From the NCBI RefSeq assembly GCF_964213995.1, contig NC_135819.1, positions 46,438,001 to 46,502,000 of the forward strand: a stretch of DNA of 64,000 nucleotides, written 5' to 3'. The position numbers were made by a program, and so were the translations under genes. Position 1 is the first letter of the stretch, and every line of letters starts with the position of its first letter. Source of the stretch: Mustelus asterias (taxonomy: Eukaryota). Under the pieces are notes generated by a model. That model searched no databases and was not told where the DNA came from. It saw only the letters and a list, made by a program, of their open reading frames with translations. This document shows, piece by piece, positions 23,844-35,710 of this stretch.

Positions 23844-26800
23844 TTTGAGGTTTTTTTAGTGCACGGGAGGTTTAAAAGGCAGTCCCCACTATCTAACAGG
23901 CAGCGTTGGGAGCGGGCAGCAGAGTGAGAGGGAGCTGAGTGAGAACTGAGGGACTTTGGCTCATCGGGCTTAGGCAGAAAGGGCGAGCAGGGGTGAATTT
24001 CTTATTTTTTTTATTTATTTCTAATTTACTTTTCTCTGTGTACCTTGGAAGAAAGGGTGAAATATGAGTGTTAAGCCAGTGTGGTGCTCGCAGTGCAGTA
24101 TGTGGGAGGTCCTGGAGGCACCTGGCCTCCCGGACATCCACATCTGTGAGGGGTGTGTCGAGCTGCGGTTCCTGAGGGCCCGTGTTAGGGAGCTGGAACT
24201 GCAGCTTGACGATCTTAGGCAGGTGAGGGAGAATGAGGAGGTGATAGACAAGAGCTATCATCAGGTGGTCACACCAGGGCCACGGGAGGAGGCCAAGTGG
24301 GTGACAGCCAGGAAGGGTAAAACACGGGTGATTGAGAGCACCCCGGTGGAAGTGCCCCTACATAACAAGTACTCCTGTCTGAGTACTGTTGGGGGGGGAC
24401 AGCCCATCTGGGGGAAGCAGCAGTGGCCGTGTCTCCGGGGTGGAGTCCGGCCCTGTAACTCAGAGGGCTAAGGAAAGGAGGAGGAAGGCGGTATTAATCA
24501 GGGACTCGACAGTCAGGGGGACGGACAGGCGATTTTGCGGAGGCAGGCAGGAGTCTCGCATGGTGGTCTGCCTCCCTGGGGCTGGGATCCAGGATGTCGC
24601 TGGGCAAGTCCCAGAAATCCTGAGGTGGGAGGGAGAGGAGCCGGAGGTAGCGGTACATATTGGTACCGCTGATGTGGGTAAGAAGGGGGAAGGGAACATG
24701 AAAAAAGAGTATAGGGAATTAGGGAGACAGCTGAGAAGGAGGAAAGCAAAGGTAGTAATCTCGGGATTGCTGCCTGTGCCACGGGAAGGTGAGGAAAGGA
24801 ATGGAGTGAGGTGGAGGATGAATGTGTGGCTGAGGGAATGGTGCATGGGGCAGGGTTTCAGGTTCCTGGACCATTGGGACCTCTTTAGGGGCAGGTGTGA
24901 CCTGTATACTAAAAACGGGTGGCACTTGAATCCCAGGGGGACCAATATCCTGGCAGGAAGGTTGGCTAAGGCTACTGGGGAGAGTTTAAACTAGATAGGT
25001 TGGGGGGAGGGGATCAAAGCGACGTGACTGAGAGTGAGGAAGGTAGCTCGCAAACAGAGAAGGGTTATAGGCAGTGCAAGAGGGCAGGTGGACTGGGAAC
25101 AGAGAAGGGGAGAGGTCAGACCATAGGATTGAGAGGTGTCTACTCTAATGCCAGGAGTATAGTGAATAAACAACTAGCTAAAGGAGGAGAGGGCTTGGGA
25201 GATGTTAGTAGTTCTTCAACAAACCGGGTCCAGATAAAGGCTGGCGTAAAGACACTTTGCCTGAATGCACGAAGCATTCGAAACAAAGTAAATGAGTTGA
25301 TGGCACAAATCCATACAAATGAATATGATCTAGTGTCCATCACAGAAACGTGGTTGCAGGGTGACCGGGACTGGGAACTGAATATACAGGGTTATCAGGC
25401 ATTTAGGAAGGATAGACAGGTTGAAAAAGGAGGTGGGGTAGCTTTGTTAATAAAGGATAATATCAGGACGGTAGTGAGAGACGACATAGGCTGTAAGGAG
25501 CAAAACGTGGAATCGTTGTGGGTGGAGAGAAGGAATAGTAGAGGGAGAAAGACACTGGTAGGTGTGGTCTATAGGCCCCCAAATAATAACTTAGAGGTGG
25601 GGAGGGCTATAAACAAGCAAATAATGGCTGCGTGCAAAAGTGGAACGGCAATAATCATGGGGGATTTTAACCTACATATTGATTGGTCGACTCAAATTGG
25701 ACGTGGAGGGCTTGAGGAAGAGTTCTTGGAATGCTGTCGGGATTGTTTCATTGAACAGTATGTTACAGAACCTACGAGAGAGCGAGCTATCTTGGATCTG
25801 GTTCTGTACAATGAGACAGGTAGGATTAAGGATCTTCTTGTGAAGGATCCTCTTGGGATGAGTGATCATAATATGGTGGAATTTCTGATACAGATGGAGG
25901 GTGAGAAAGTAGAGTCCCAAACCAGTGTCCTCTGCTTGAACAGAGGGGAGTACGATAGGATGAGGGTGGAATTGGCTAATGTAGACTGGGCGAGCAGACT
26001 GGTAGGTAGGACAGCTGAGGAACAGTGGAGGATTTTTAAGGAGATTTTTTTAAGTACTCAGCAAAAATATATTCCGGTGATAAAGAAGGACTGTAAGAAA
26101 AAGGATAACCGGATGTGGATAACGAAGGAAATAAAGGAGAGTATTAAAATAAAATCAGATGCGTACAGAGTGGCCAAAGATAGTGGAGAATTAGTGGATT
26201 GGGAAAGCTTTAAAGAAAAACAAAGGACGACTCAGAAAGAGATTAAGAAAGGAAAGATAGATTATGAAACTAAACTAGCTCAAAATATAAAAAATGATAG
26301 TAAAAGTTTTTACAAGTATATAAAAAGGAATAGAGTGGCTAGAGTGAATGTTGGACCCTTGGAAGATGAGAGGGGGGATTTAATAGTGGAAAACGAGGAA
26401 ATGGCTGAGACTTTAAATAAGTTCTTTGTGTCGGTCTTCACGGTGGAAGACACAAATAGTTTGCCGAATATTAGAGATCGAGAGTTGGTGGGAGGGGAGG
26501 TCCTTAATACAATTACTGTTACTAAGGAGGTGGTGCTTGGTAGACTAATAGGACTGAAGGTAGACAAGTCCCCGGGCCCGGATGGAATGCATCCCAGGGT
26601 ACTGAAAGAAATGGCTGAGGTAATAGCAGATGCGTTAGTAGTAATTTATCAAAATTCGCTGGACTCTGGGGTAGTGCCGGCTGACTGGAAAACAGCTACT
26701 GTTACACCGCTGTTTAAAAAAGGAAGTAGACAAAAGGCGGGTAACTACAGGCCGGTTAGCTTAACGTCCGTAGTTGGGAAGATGCTAGAGTCCATTATTA

Positions 26801-28153
26801 AAGAGGAAATAACAGAGCACCTGAACAAGAATGGTTCGATCAAGCAGACGCAGCATGGATTCATGAAGGGAAAGTCGTGTTTGATGAATCTACTGGACTT
26901 TTATGAAGATGTCACTAGTGCGGTTGACAGAGGGGAACCGGTGGATGTGGTGTTTTTAGATTTCCAGAAGGCGTTCGATAAGGTGCCTCACAAAAGGTTG
27001 CTGCAGAAGATTGGAGTACACGGAGTTAGGGGTAAGGTGTTGGCGTGGATTGGGGATTGGCTATCTAACAGGAAGCAGAGAGTTGGGATAAATGGGTGCT
27101 TTTCTGGTTGGCAGTTGGTGACCAGTGGCGTGCCGCAGGGATCGGTGCTGGGGCCTCAATTGTTTACCATTTACATAGATGATCTGGAGGAGGGGACTGA
27201 ATCTAGGGTATTCAAGTTTGCTGATGACACGAAGGTGAGTGGGAATGCGAATTGCGTGGAGGACGCGGAAAGTCTGCAGAGAGATTTGGATAGGCTGAGC
27301 GAGTGGGCGAGGATCTGGCAGATGGAATATAACGTTAGCAAATGTGAGGTTATCCACTTTGGAAGAAATAATAGTAAATTGGAATATTATTTAAATGGAG
27401 AAAAATTACATCGTGCGACTGTGCAGAGAGACCTGGGGGTCCTTGTGCACGAATCGCAAAAACTCAGTCTGCAGGTGCAGCAGGTGATCAAGGCGGCGAA
27501 TGGAATGTTGGCCTTTATCGCGAGGGGGATAGAATATAAAAGCAGGGAGGTCTTGCTGCAACTGTACAAGGCACTGGTGAGGCCGCAACTGGAGTACTGT
27601 GTGCAGTTTTGGTCCCCTTATTTGCGAAAGGATATATTGGCCTTGGAGGGAGTGCAGAGAAGGTTCACCAGGTTGATACCGGAGATGAGGGGTGTAGCTT
27701 ATGAGGAGAGATTAAACAGATTGGGTCTGTACTCGTTGGAGTTTAGAAGGATGAGGGGTGATCTTATAGAGACATATAAGATAATGAAGGGGCTGGATAG
27801 GGTAGAGGTGGAGAGATTCTTTCCACTTAGAAGGGAAACCAGAACTAGAGGGCACAGCCTCAAAATAAGGGGGGGGCGGTTCAGAACAGAGTTGAGGGGG
27901 AACAACTTCTCTCAGAGGGTAGTGAATCTCTAGAATTCTCTGCCCATTGAAGTGGTGGAGGCTTCCTCGTTGAATATGTTTAAATCACGGGTAGATCGTT
28001 TTCTGATCGATAAGGGAATTAGGGGATATGGGGAGCAGGCGGGTAAGTGGAACTGATTCGCTTCAGATCAGCCATGATCTTGTTGAATGGCGGGGCAGGC
28101 TCGAAGGGCCAGATGGCCTACTCCTGCTCCTATTTCTTATGTTCTTATGTTCT
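23844..28153 (+). mobile_element. Near-intact chimeric full-length CR1 LINE
   Basis: ORF1 24064-24994 has one frameshift in a G8 run; ORF2 is open for 977 aa (EN+RT) until TGG>TAG at 27931; cttatgttcttatgttct tail. Confidence 0.96.
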
Positions 28154-28549
28154 CTCTGAGACACATGCTGAACACTCCATCTCTCAATACCCGTCTTTGC
28201 TGTCCATATTCCTGGATCACTGTCAATAGGCAACAGTGAAGCTTGTCTACTTTTTTTCCCCCAGAATCACTGAACTTTCCACCCATTTTAACCTATTTCT
28301 AACTTCAGCGATTGTAAGACCTCATTAAAAAGGTACATATACAAACATTGCCATAAGACCTGAAACTGTTACCCGGACTCCCGGGCACCAAGGTGCATAA
28401 ACAAAACTTAAATGAAACTGAAATCCTTTTTACCTTTTTTAACAGAGAAATATATATAAATTCAATTTAAAATTATACATTGATTATTCCGATTTGCATT
28501 TGCCATTCACAAAATAAAACTCAAAAATAGAGGAATAGTAAATACAGAC

Positions 28550-28720
28550 CTGGGTGGGTTCAGAAGCCATACTCTTCCTTTGCTGTGCAGATTTTTCTAT
28601 GGCCTCACTCAAAGATTTAGAATACTGTGCCATTGCCTTCAACTGGGAGTCAGTCAAAACCCACAACAAATCATCCAATATAAGTACCAACTTTGATGCC
28701 ACCACGTTACAATCCTTTAA
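28550..28720 (-). CDS. BLTP3B: BLTP3B coding exon (~exon 7)
   Basis: LKDCNVVASKLVLILDDLLWVLTDSQLKAMAQYSKSLSEAIEKSAQQRKSMASEPTQ; acag| ... |gtct; 171 nt. Confidence 0.95.
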
Positions 28721-29054
28721 CTGTCCAAGTAAGAGGAAATAAGAAAAAAAACTATTTTTAATCTTATCTGAGACTCAATACATCCAGTTGCACTTGCCAA
28801 ACTTATTCTGCTGTAAAGTCTGCCAAGCATTCATTGGGTACTTTTGCATTAAAAAGACACAATGATGGCAAGCATGACAATGGGTACATCTTCAACATTG
28901 GTTATATACTTAAAGGATACCAAAGGGAGAAGAATATCACAGTAAAACACCAGTCATGATGATGGAATATCCAATATGACATTAAAAAGGTTAACTAGTC
29001 TAATTGCTTTTTGGAATTTTCCAATCAAACCTTAGCACTGCAGGTAGTATCACC

Positions 29055-29205
29055 AAGGCAGTAGCGCAGTGATATTGTTACTGAACTAGTAATCCAGAGA
29101 CCCAGGGTAATGCTCTGGGCACCAGGTTCGAATCCCACTATGGCAGATAGTGAAACCTGAATTCAATAAAAATCTGGAATTAAAAGTCTAACGATGAAAG
29201 TCTAA
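29055..29205 (+). mobile_element. tRNA-headed SINE fragment
   Basis: gtagcgcagtg A-box-like motif, ggttcgaatccc B box; related degraded copy on the minus strand at ~33780-34040. Confidence 0.6.
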
Positions 29206-29512
29206 TGTTGATTAATACTGTAAGTCTTCTGGCTGCAAGTCAAACATTTCATCATTTTGGCAAGCCAAACAACTTTTTTTTGTGGTCTTTTTACATGTTA
29301 TGATCTTCTCAAACAAATATTGCAAAAGACAACAAACATATCAAGAAAAATTGAGCCAGTTTTATTCACTTTGCCTATCGATCTTAATCAATAACTTTGC
29401 ACTTCAGCCACTCTAGCCTTTAATCCATTTTGGTGTTGCATGCGTACAACATTGCATCGTCATGATACGGCCTTATTTTTCCCCCCCTCAAAAAGAAAAT
29501 TCAATGTTGTAC

Positions 29513-29653
29513 CCTTCGCTTCAAGCTGACTTTCATTCTGGACTGGTTAGTGATGAGCCGCACTGGTGCACTCAGGATATCATGTTCCTCACTCTGGATA
29601 GCATCTGCCTCTATTCGGATCATCTGCCAGGTAATCTCCTTAAATGTCAGGAC
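29513..29653 (-). CDS. BLTP3B: BLTP3B coding exon (~exon 6)
   Basis: VLTFKEITWQMIRIEADAIQSEEHDILSAPVRLITNQSRMKVSLKRR; ccag| ... |gtac; 141 nt. Confidence 0.94.
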
Positions 29654-30139
29654 CTGGGCATACAAGAAACAAATGAGTTGCCAATCAGCAGCAGCAAACA
29701 TCAACTAAGTCAAACCAAGGAATACAACTGGGAATTACGGCGTTAAACTAAAATACTACAAGCCTTTTTAAAAAAAATTACAGTACCATCAGACCTTATA
29801 TCTGGTCTAAGAAACTCGGAATGGCACATAAACATTAATAAGCATTTTGGTACAAGTGGTTTTCTGACACAACACTAAAAATGCCACAGAGGTCAAGATT
29901 ATAGGTTATTTGTCTCTTGGGAAAGAGCAGAAAAAACAGAAAATAAGCCCAGCGCTGCCTGGCACATCTATTTGCAGTGAATTGTAGTGCACTACCATTC
30001 ATAAAATCATAGTTGATCTAACTGTAGTCTCAACTTCCTGTTTGCCCTTGGCAGAGAAGGCTCAAAGGACCAAATGGCTTAGTCCTGCTCTGATGTTCCT
30101 ACGTGTAGATCCAGGCAGTGAGTTCTTGCATATAATTTG

Positions 30140-30880
30140 ATCACTAGACATCCATTTCCTCAATAGATAGGGGATATTGAGAGGGGTGAAGGAAATGAGA
30201 AACCTGGAATACATGTCCACGGGTCCCTGAAGTGGTAAAAAATTGCATGCTTTCCTTTATTGGATGAAGTATTGCCTACAAAAACAGGGATGTAATGCTG
30301 GAGCTGTACAAAATGCTGGTTAGGTCACAGCTGGAACTGTGTAGAGTTCTGGTCACCACATTACAGGATTGCAAAAATTGCTCTGGAGAGAGTGTAGAGG
30401 AGATTTACAAGAATGCCAGGACTTGAAAATTGCAGCTATAAGGAAAGATTGGACTGGCTGGATTGTTTTCCCTAGAGCGATGGAAGCTGAGGGGTGGCCT
30501 AAATGAGGTATACAAAATTGTGAAGGACCTTGTTAGGGTAGACAAGGGAGACCTATTCCCCCCTAGTTGAAGGGACAGTTACCATGGGGTACAGATTTAA
30601 AGTGATTGGTAGAAGGGTTAGAGGGGACATAAGGAAAAACCTCATCAACCAGAGATTGGTGGGTGTCTGGAATTCACTGCCTAAATTGATGAGTTGAGGC
30701 TGAAACACTTAACTCATTTTAAAAGAACCTGGATCTGCCCATGTAGTGCTGAAACCTGCAAGGCTATGAACCAGATGCTGGAAAGTGGGATTAAGCGGCT
30801 ATTTTATTTTCTCTTTTTTGGCCAGCACAGCCACGATGGCTAAATGGCCTCTTTCTACAGCATAACCTTTCTATGGTTCA
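30140..30880 (+). mobile_element. Degraded CR1 3' fragment
   Basis: Remnants of LYKMLVR.QLE...FWSPHYR and WNSLP; ttctatggttc tail. Confidence 0.85.
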
Positions 30881-31009
30881 ATCCTTGTATCACTCACTGC
30901 TCACACAGGCACTTTTTTCCAGCTCTTATTAGGAATCGGAATGGAAACCCAATAGAGAGGCTGAGATTTTAATTATATTTCCAAATAGATATTCATAACA
31001 CTTTACTTC

Positions 31010-31440
31010 CTTGTTTATCAAAAATCTATCTAAATTAGCCAAAAATAAATTCATTGACCCAGCCTACACTGCTTTCTGGGGAAGAGATTTCCAGATAAAT
31101 GACACTCCTCGATTTCTCCTCATCTCCGTCTTAAAAGGGAACCTTTCATTTTTAAAGCATGTTCCCTAGTTCTAGTCTTACCCACAAGAAGAAACATGCT
31201 CCCAGTATCCACCCTATCAAGTCCCCTCAGGATCTTCTATGTTTCAATAAGGTCACCACTGATTGTTCTAAACTCCAATGGGTACAGACCAGATCTGTTT
31301 AACCTTTCTTCATAAGAGTAGCCCTTTATCCCAGGAATGAGTCGCATGAACCTTTGTTGAACTGCTTCTAACCCAACTCTATCCTTTTACAAACAAGGAG
31401 ACCAAACTGTACACAGTATTCCAAGTTTTGGTCTCCTTTT
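31010..31440 (-). mobile_element. Degraded CR1 3' fragment
   Basis: Reverse-strand remnants of the RGDLIET and LEYCVQFWS motifs. Confidence 0.75.
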
Positions 31441-31860
31441 GTGAAAAATACAATTACACATGAAGAATAGTCATTTTTAACATCCATGTGATGTACTTCA
31501 GTATGAATCATGCAAACATCAAAACAACATTTAAACTAGCCTTTTAAGTTATGGATCAGTGTTTTAAATGTGGGGGAAGTCGTTGCCAAATTTGAGTTTT
31601 TGGATGAGGGCAATGCTGTTGATATGTTGGGTGTGACCTGGGTGTGTGCGTACACAAATCACTGAAGGTTCCAGGACAAATTGAGTGAATAGGTAATAAA
31701 GCATATGGCATCCTGGGCTTTAAAAATGGGCATATAGTACAAAAGCAAGAAAGTTATGTTAAACATGTACAAAACACTGTAGCCAAGTAAAAGCAAATTT
31801 CAGATACATAATGAAATATGGAATGAAGCAGCAAAGGGCAATAATCCAAAAGATATTTAC

Positions 31861-32050
31861 CTCCCCACGTTGAGGATCTTGTATTCGGGTAAATCGCAAA
31901 TCACTTTGCTTCCAGCTTGTATTTACACTGTGTATTTGTAGCTGGGACAATTCAAAAGATGCATTGAAAGCTTTTGCTTTGATTTTGATAATGATGGAAT
32001 TCACAGAAAGAGAGATTCCTTCTACAACTTTTTCAGCAAAGCCATACTCA
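31861..32050 (-). CDS. BLTP3B: BLTP3B coding exon (~exon 5)
   Basis: EYGFAEKVVEGISLSVNSIIIKIKAKAFNASFELSQLQIHSVNTSWKQSDLRFTRIQDPQRGE; catag| ... |gtaaa; 190 nt. Confidence 0.95.
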
Positions 32051-32352
32051 CTATGAGAAGAACAAGATTAACAAGTCATTAACTGAATAAATATACTCAC
32101 AGCATATGGAACACTTCAATTGTAAGTAAACAACCATGTCCTCACTTTTTGAAAGCATTGAAACACATTATAATCATCAATTTAACACAAATGAAATTAT
32201 TCGCCATGTTCTTTTGCACCAAATTTTAATTTTAAATATAAATCTGATACTGCAAAAATTTCCAAATAAAACCAAAATAAATATACTTCATTATTGCTGA
32301 ATTTCTACAGCAATTTTCCTGAACGATTTAGGGTTTTGTCCTCATGACTCAC

Positions 32353-32444
32353 CTTTGACCCGAAGCTGTCGCAATAGGAGATGGTCCATTAGGAGGCCGA
32401 GGTTCCTCACAAGTTCTCATCTCCATTTCTACCTTATCCAGATA
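32353..32444 (-). CDS. BLTP3B: BLTP3B coding exon (~exon 4)
   Basis: Read manually (not in ORF track): YLDKVEMEMRTCEEPRPPNGPSPIATASGQ(S); ctag| ... |gtgagt; 92 nt. Confidence 0.93.
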
Positions 32445-34909
32445 CTAGATGAAGAGAACAGAAAGAAAAAATCACAAGCTCCAGACTAAAGACATTGGAT
32501 ATGCAGATCAGTTGTTACGACATCTCATGCTATCAAAGTCAATTTCAAAATGAATCGGTTTTAGAAATGTTTCTCCTCTTGCACCCCTGCTCTGGAAATT
32601 ATCTTTCATAATGGATTACAGTTCCCCAGTGAACTGTAGCAATCTGGAAACTCACCCATTCTTCCACTCAGTGGTCATTCTTCCTGGGTGATCCTTAATA
32701 CAAGCATCAGTAGGCTCCTCAGTCAAGAGGCATCAGATTCAATGTCTTCTCCATATACATATCTCAAGCAATGGTCAGTGAGTAGCAATTGCAATCAGGA
32801 ACTTCCAAATGATTTTTCTGCTTCTCAAAGCCCAGGGATACAGAGGTCAAAAATATTTGTCTCTGCAGCACCAAATGAGATTGGGTAAACTTCAAGTCTA
32901 TATGATTCAGTGTGTTCTTGGGCAGAGGAAGAGATATTTAATATGTCAATTATGCTGATATACCATAACACCTTAAAATCCATTTCTACTTGGATGTACT
33001 TATTACTGAACCAAAAAATAATGAAATGATTGAATAGAGAGCAATGAAGAAAGAAAATAATCCGAACTATAACATTGGAATACACATAATCCAAGGAATG
33101 GAAAGACTGAAGAATCATAGAAGCTGACAAAACACAGGCTCCATCATGCCCATGTTGGTTACTTGAAAGAGCTACATCAATCTGCCCCACTCCACCAACC
33201 CTTTTCCCCATAAATACAGCAATTTCTTCCCTTTTCAAGCATGTATCTAGTGTCCTGGGTTATGGCTTCACAACTCAGATTTCTATATCTCCATCTGACA
33301 TTTACTCAGATTGATCTCTAATCATGCCAGGACAAGACTGCAATACCTTAGATTCAGGATAAATCAGTTCCGGACCATATTTGTGCCCTTAACAGGAGTT
33401 TGATATATGGACAAGGACATGCACTCATGGTGGGAATTACTAACTGATTTTAATAAAATGGAATAGTTCTAATACATATTTTAATCATAGTTAGATCTAT
33501 TTTTCTTTTACGGTTTTAATTTATTTACTTGTAATTTAACATGGGGGCAATATACCCAAAATGAATTTCCATATGGACAATGAAATGAGATTGACTGTCA
33601 ATGTTCACCTATGTTTATTCTGTACTTCCTATTTCACTTACGGTGACTGAATCCTCCATTGATATCTTTTGTATTTTAAAAGAGTTTTCTTATGGGAAGA
33701 GCACAGACAGAGTCAACTTTCAAAGTAAGCATTGCAAACCCACGCCATTGGAGGAAGCTCACAAAGAAGCTTTGCTCGTCACTTAGGAGAGCAGTTTAGT
33801 GTCAATCACTGTGGGACTCCAGTCACATGTAGATCAGAATGAATAAGGACAGGACATTTCCTTCCCTAAAAGACATGGTGAACTGGTTGGGTTTTTATGA
33901 CAATCTGACTGTTTCTCATGGTCAGTTACTAAAACCACATTTTATTTCAAGATTTTGCTTGAATAAACTGAATTCCAATTCTCTAATGTTACAGCAGGAT
34001 GTGAAATTCACAGTCGCTGAATGATTAGTCCAGGACTCATGGGAAGTTCATAGAAATATAAGAAATTTAATAAGATAGAGAAGATAAGTTTGAAACAATA
34101 CTTGGATATCTCAGAGGTATAGTAAAGGACAGATTTAGAATAGACAGTTTTTTTTTAAAGAGTCAGAGTTTTGCAGCACAAAAAGAGGCCCTTCAGCACA
34201 TCATATCTGCACCCATCTAGTCAAATCCCATTTCCCTGCACTTGGTCCAAAGCCTTGAAATGCACTGGCGCTTCAAGTGCTTGTCTAAATAATGATCAGT
34301 AGCTGCAAGAAGTCACCAAAAAAAGGGTGTTTGAGGGTTCATTTAAGAAAGGGTCAAATGTGAATACAGAAAGGAGGTAGAGCGAATAGTCTGGAAGCAT
34401 GAGATGACAAAGACATGCTTTGCCAACCTGCATCAGATTACTCAAAGATAATAGGTTCTCATTGTTGTGAGTGCCTTTTGAATGGTTTCAAAGTCAGCAG
34501 CAGAGACAATAGTTATAAGAAATCACTCTGCACGAGGCAAATACATACAGAGAGCACAGAATGATAATCATCAGCAGCAACATCTTTGTAGATTACACAA
34601 CTCCATTGTTTAGTGATTATATCTGACAACTCTTTTCCAATTTGCTAAAAATATCTTTCACACAAAAAAAAGCTAAGAATTTTCAGTCTTTATTGGGTAA
34701 ATAATCTGATTCAAATTTTCTAAGGGTGTCATGAAACGTTTTCAAAGATGTGTAAATATACAGACTCTGAAAATTCAAGTAAGGAATCATCAATTGTGAA
34801 TAAGGGAGAAGAACAAATAGCAAAAGAATTGAAAGGTGAGCTTATAATATCTTGAACTTTAACATTTTGTTTTGCCTCTAAAGAGCAACCAATGGCATTT
34901 TCTTTTATC

Positions 34910-35710
34910 CCTTTATTCATTCCCGGGACTTGACTGTCACTGGCAAGACCGGCATTTATTACCCATTCCTATTCACCAGCAAGATGTTGAATGGTGAGCC
35001 TCGGTCCTGAACCGCCCTTCAGCAATATATTTTCAAGTTAGGATTGGTGTGCAATTTGGAGGGGAACTTGGGGAGGGTAATGTTCCCATGGGTCTGCTAC
35101 CCTTGTCCTTCTTGAAAGTCAAGAGTTTGTGAGGTGCTGTTTCAGAAGCCTTGTCGACTTGCTGCAGTGCAACACCTAGTTGGCTTGCACTGAAACCATT
35201 TTGCACCAGTGGTGGAGGGAATAAATGCTCAAGTTGTAAGTTTGTTTATTAGTGTCACAAGTAGGTTTACATTAACACTGCAATGAAATTACTGTGAAAA
35301 TCCCCCAGTCGCCACGCTCCAGCGCCTGTTCGGGTGCACGGAGGGAGAATTTAGCATGGCCAATGCACCTAACCAGCACGGTTTTTGGACTGTGGGAGGA
35401 AACCGGAACACTTGGAGGAAATCCACGCAGACACAGGGAGAACGGGCAGACTCCACACAGTGACCCAAGCCAGGAATTGAACCCGGGTCCCTGGCGCTGT
35501 GAGGCAGCAGTGCTAACCACTGTGCCGCCCCAGAGGTGGTGAATGAGATATCAGTCATGCAGGTGGCTTTGTCCTGGATGCTGTTGAGCTTTTTGGATGT
35601 TGTTGGAGGTAATAATTTTCTGGGGCTTGTATCGTGCAAAGATTTCTTGCCACTAATCAGCCCAAGCCTGAGTATTGTGTAGGTCTTGCTGCATACAGAC
35701 ACTGACTGCA
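34910..35710 (-). mobile_element. L2/Crack-like LINE 3' fragments interrupted by a SINE
   Basis: KKLNSIQDKA remnant; related to the plus-strand copy at 57600-58380. Confidence 0.6.
35238..35531 (-). mobile_element. V-SINE variant with non-CR1 (Rex1-like) tail
   Basis: HE1-type tRNA head and V-domain, but the tail reads ...cttgtgacactaataaacaaactt. Confidence 0.9.
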
